Part shown: one piece after another, positions 61,617 to 64,000 of the stretch
How the letters are laid out: every line of letters starts with the position of its first letter
Numbering within the stretch: position 1 is the stretch's first letter
Source of the DNA: Enterobacteria phage vB_EcoM_IME540
Length of the DNA: 64,000 nt
Sequence record: MT150133.1
Strand: one strand, 5' to 3'
The notes under the pieces: generated by a model
What the model saw: only the letters and a program-made list of their open reading frames with translations
Told to the model about the DNA's origin: nothing
Databases searched by the model: none
Translations under genes and position numbers: made by a program

Positions 61617-62597
61617 TTATTTCAGAAGTGTAACTTCAGAGATTTCACCCCAGTCATTTTTATCGGTGGCAATGAAATCCGCCAGATAAAGAGCTGTACG
61701 TAATGATACGTTACGAAGACGAGATACATTAGCCTTCATCCATGCTAAAGCTTGGTAAGTCTCGGCGTCAGTCAGACCACGGTTTTGCATCATATCAGTG
61801 GACAGGATAACGTCTTCAACACGAACCATAATCTCTTCGTTCGAGTGAACTCCGAGGTCTAAGTAAACTGAACGCGATACTAAAGCCTGGAGGTGTGGAG
61901 CAAGTTTAGTTCCACGCTCTAATTCACGGTCGATATCAACGTTGGTGATGAACACGATGGTGCCTTCGTATTCGAATTCTTTATCGATGTTTTTATCATC
62001 GAGATAAGAACTTGAAGTGCTCCAGCACACCTTACGTTTTTCACCGGTATCCAATGCCGCTTTCAGAAGGTTCAGGATATCCATATCAGAGAATACATCA
62101 ACATCATCGATAAGAAGAACACTATTAGGGCCGCGGTTATTCCAAAGCTGCTCGTAAAGACCGATTCCACTAATCTTTCCGTTGATTGATTTATATTCGA
62201 TAGTTTCATTTTCGTGGGCATTCTGTAATGCTTTATCCAAAGAATACGTTTTACCAATACCTGCGGCACCAGAGATGATAAGGGAACGAATTTTACCATC
62301 GATGATTCCGTTGGTCATCATGTTCATTACTTTAAAACGTTTGTTGATGCGATGTTTCATTTCTTCAGCGGATTCAGTAACAACTGCAGGAGCTTCAGCA
62401 CCTTCGGTTTCGATATCACATTTGAACACCCATACACCACGTTCAACACCATCAATCTGTACGAATACCTTGCCATCACCGAGGTGAGCTTCGGATTCAT
62501 GAATTTTATTAGGGAACCAGGTTTTACCTGAACTCATGAACGTACCAGAGATTACATTACCGCGATAGATACCTTTGTTGATTTTGATAGTTAACAT
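61617..62597 (-). CDS. AAA+ family ATPase (327 aa)
   Basis: Walker A GAAGIGKT and Walker B LLIDDVD; track ORF extends upstream through the promoter, true start ATG MLTIKINKG after SD GGAGAA. Confidence 0.7.
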   Translation of the reverse strand: MLTIKINKGIYRGNVISGTFMSSGKTWFPNKIHESEAHLGDGKVFVQIDGVERGVWVFKCDIETEGAEAPAVVTESAEEMKHRINKRFKVMNMMTNGIIDGKIRSLIISGAAGIGKTYSLDKALQNAHENETIEYKSINGKISGIGLYEQLWNNRGPNSVLLIDDVDVFSDMDILNLLKAALDTGEKRKVCWSTSSSYLDDKNIDKEFEYEGTIVFITNVDIDRELERGTKLAPHLQALVSRSVYLDLGVHSNEEIMVRVEDVILSTDMMQNRGLTDAETYQALAWMKANVSRLRNVSLRTALYLADFIATDKNDWGEISEVTLLK

Positions 62598-62634
62598 TAT
62601 ATTCTCCATTTCACTCAGTAGATTTGATAGGTCC

Positions 62635-62663
62635 ATAATAACATGCTCTACGAGAGTGTAAAC
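62635..62663 (-). promoter_or_regulatory. early promoter (-35 GTTTAC, 17 nt, -10 TATTAT)
   Basis: Directly downstream of terminator at 62683; leader GGACCTATCAAATCTACTGAG. Confidence 0.6.
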
Positions 62664-62682
62664 TCTTTTTTGCACTAAACCC

Positions 62683-62703
62683 AAAAAGGAACCCGAAGGT
62701 TCC
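62683..62703 (-). terminator. intrinsic terminator (GGAACC-TTCG-GGTTCC plus TTTTT)
   Basis: Same hairpin sequence as at 878 and 28237; starts in the stop codon of the upstream gene. Confidence 0.65.
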
Positions 62704-62891
62704 TAAATTGCATTCCAATAATTATGGAAGCGGATATTATTAATGGCCCACTCAACAAATCGTCTTATCTGTTTAGGCGTTGGTTTACATACGTACTTGA
62801 TATTGCCGCGGCGTCCAGTTTCTTTACATACTGCTTCAAGATACCATCGGCGAGTTTTATGAGGCCTTCCATATGATAAAAAGACCTTCAT
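62703..62891 (-). CDS. small basic protein, PTKRQ-motif paralog family (copy D)
   Basis: Track ORF begins at TTG; ATG MKVFLSYGRPHK; motif CKPTPKQIRRF. Confidence 0.55.
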   Translation of the reverse strand: MKVFLSYGRPHKTRRWYLEAVCKETGRRGNIKYVCKPTPKQIRRFVEWAINNIRFHNYWNAI

Positions 62892-62898
62892 TTCTTCG

Positions 62899-63909
62899 TT
62901 ATCGATAATAAGCGTTGTGATTGTCAAGGTATACCTCTTCAACAAACTTGTCCCAGAACTTCATATCTACCTTCTCAGGCATACCGTTCTTAGCAGCCTG
63001 GATGGCTAGGACTTCAACCAAATCAACAGTATCTTCAAGAAGTTCTTGAACTTCTTTAAATGGTAATTCACCGGCTTTAATAAGCTTAATGATAGAGGCT
63101 TCGCGCAATGGGAACACCAGGTCGCCTGTTTGGTAGATTTCCAACAATTGATACCCTGCGCGATAAGCATGGCTCAGAGCTTTCCAGTCAATACCTTCGT
63201 TAGCTTCAGCTTTACGGGCCCGTTCACCATATTCCGCATCGAGCTTATTCAGAGATTGCTTGAGCTCGATTAAAGATAAAGTAGTTTGGTACTTACGTCC
63301 GAGAACAGTATAGAACGTTTGAGGGCCTGTTTTCTCATGGTTATGGAATACCCATTCACAGAACTCGTTTTCAGGGAGTCGATGTTTAATATCTTCTACA
63401 CGAGTACGACGTTGCTTAGTCGAACCATCTTCTTGATAATCGACCCACTGTTCAGGAATCTGGTTGACTATTGCCAATACACCACGCAGAGCAGCCAGAC
63501 GAGAACCCTTAACACCATATTTAGAAGCTTGCTTGCGGACGTACCCTAAATAGGCTTTCATGTTGGTTGTATAGAACCGTGAACGGTTGTCTTGGATAAA
63601 TTTCCATACATCAGGTAAATCAGATTTAACCACCATTTCGGGTGGAGTGTGGAGCATATCCAGAGCAACGGTTTCGCCATCAGCAGCCAGTTTAAAGAAA
63701 TATTTCAGGCTATAAAGCTCATGGTCAACATCATCTTTAGTGTTTTTGGAAGCAGTGTTATTCGTGTTCAGGTTGGTATGGTTCATAGCCGTACCTAACA
63801 GAATATCACGCGGATGCGGAACAAAGATTTCTTTAAAATCGACATCAGATTCCGGAGTACTTGTTCCATAAAGGTGGCTACCGAAGTAGCCCTTCATAAT
63901 TGTTCTCAT
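62899..63909 (-). CDS. Pol-beta-superfamily nucleotidyltransferase of unknown substrate
   Basis: N-terminal GS-x(10)-DVD motif (YFGSHLYGTSTPESDVDF) with a later acidic residue (VALDML); track ORF begins at GTG at 63939, likely ATG at 63909 or 63897. Confidence 0.65.
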   Translation of the reverse strand: MRTIMKGYFGSHLYGTSTPESDVDFKEIFVPHPRDILLGTAMNHTNLNTNNTASKNTKDDVDHELYSLKYFFKLAADGETVALDMLHTPPEMVVKSDLPDVWKFIQDNRSRFYTTNMKAYLGYVRKQASKYGVKGSRLAALRGVLAIVNQIPEQWVDYQEDGSTKQRRTRVEDIKHRLPENEFCEWVFHNHEKTGPQTFYTVLGRKYQTTLSLIELKQSLNKLDAEYGERARKAEANEGIDWKALSHAYRAGYQLLEIYQTGDLVFPLREASIIKLIKAGELPFKEVQELLEDTVDLVEVLAIQAAKNGMPEKVDMKFWDKFVEEVYLDNHNAYYR

Positions 63910-64000
63910 TCTTTGTTCTCGAAGTGGATTACAGGACACATCTTAGATTTACGAGCTTTAATGTATTGAATAACGATATTTTCTTTAATTTCCTTTCCTT

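Noticed and set aside
1-64000. tRNA, rRNA, group I intron or CRISPR content
   Set aside because: No cloverleaf-like conserved tRNA motifs, intron-interrupted genes or repeat-spacer arrays were seen; T4-type tRNA and intron loci (td, nrdB, nrdD) lie outside this gene interval.

Overview
This 64 kb window reads as a contiguous segment of a T4-like (Tevenvirinae) phage genome, with a DNA polymerase closest to the RB69 type; all assignments rest on motifs, gene order and recalled T4/RB69 protein sequences, with no database search. Positions 1-6366 (plus strand) carry the late tail-fiber and lysis genes 35 (partial), 36, 37, 38 and holin t. From 6363 to the end, nearly every gene is on the minus strand in the conserved early/middle order: asiA, motA, 52, ndd, denB-like, rIIB, rIIA, fused 39, dexA, dda, modA/modB-like, soc, 56, 61, sp, dmd, 41, 40, uvsX, 42, imm, 43, regA, 62, 44, 45, rpbA-like, 46, 47, 55, 49, nrdC, followed by a block of unassigned genes. 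Genes are tightly packed, often with ATGA stop/start overlaps, and several track ORFs begin at GTG/TTG where an internal ATG with a Shine-Dalgarno is the likelier start. The most system-like feature is a five-gene module at 35742-39922 around the dCMP hydroxymethylase: a kinase, a HAD phosphatase and a nucleotidyltransferase/kinase fusion, consistent with synthesis of a nucleotide-sugar for DNA hypermodification; I found no T4-type alpha- or beta-glucosyltransferase at either canonical locus. Other notable features are a dispersed family of four small paralogs, a reused promoter-leader module with hairpins around the -10 element, hydrophobic micro-ORFs coupled to conserved genes, a GIY-YIG homing endonuclease, and a Pol-beta-type nucleotidyltransferase next to an AAA+ ATPase. 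Regulatory-element coordinates are hand-counted and approximate (about +/-2 nt). No tRNA, rRNA, CRISPR array or intron was recognised.
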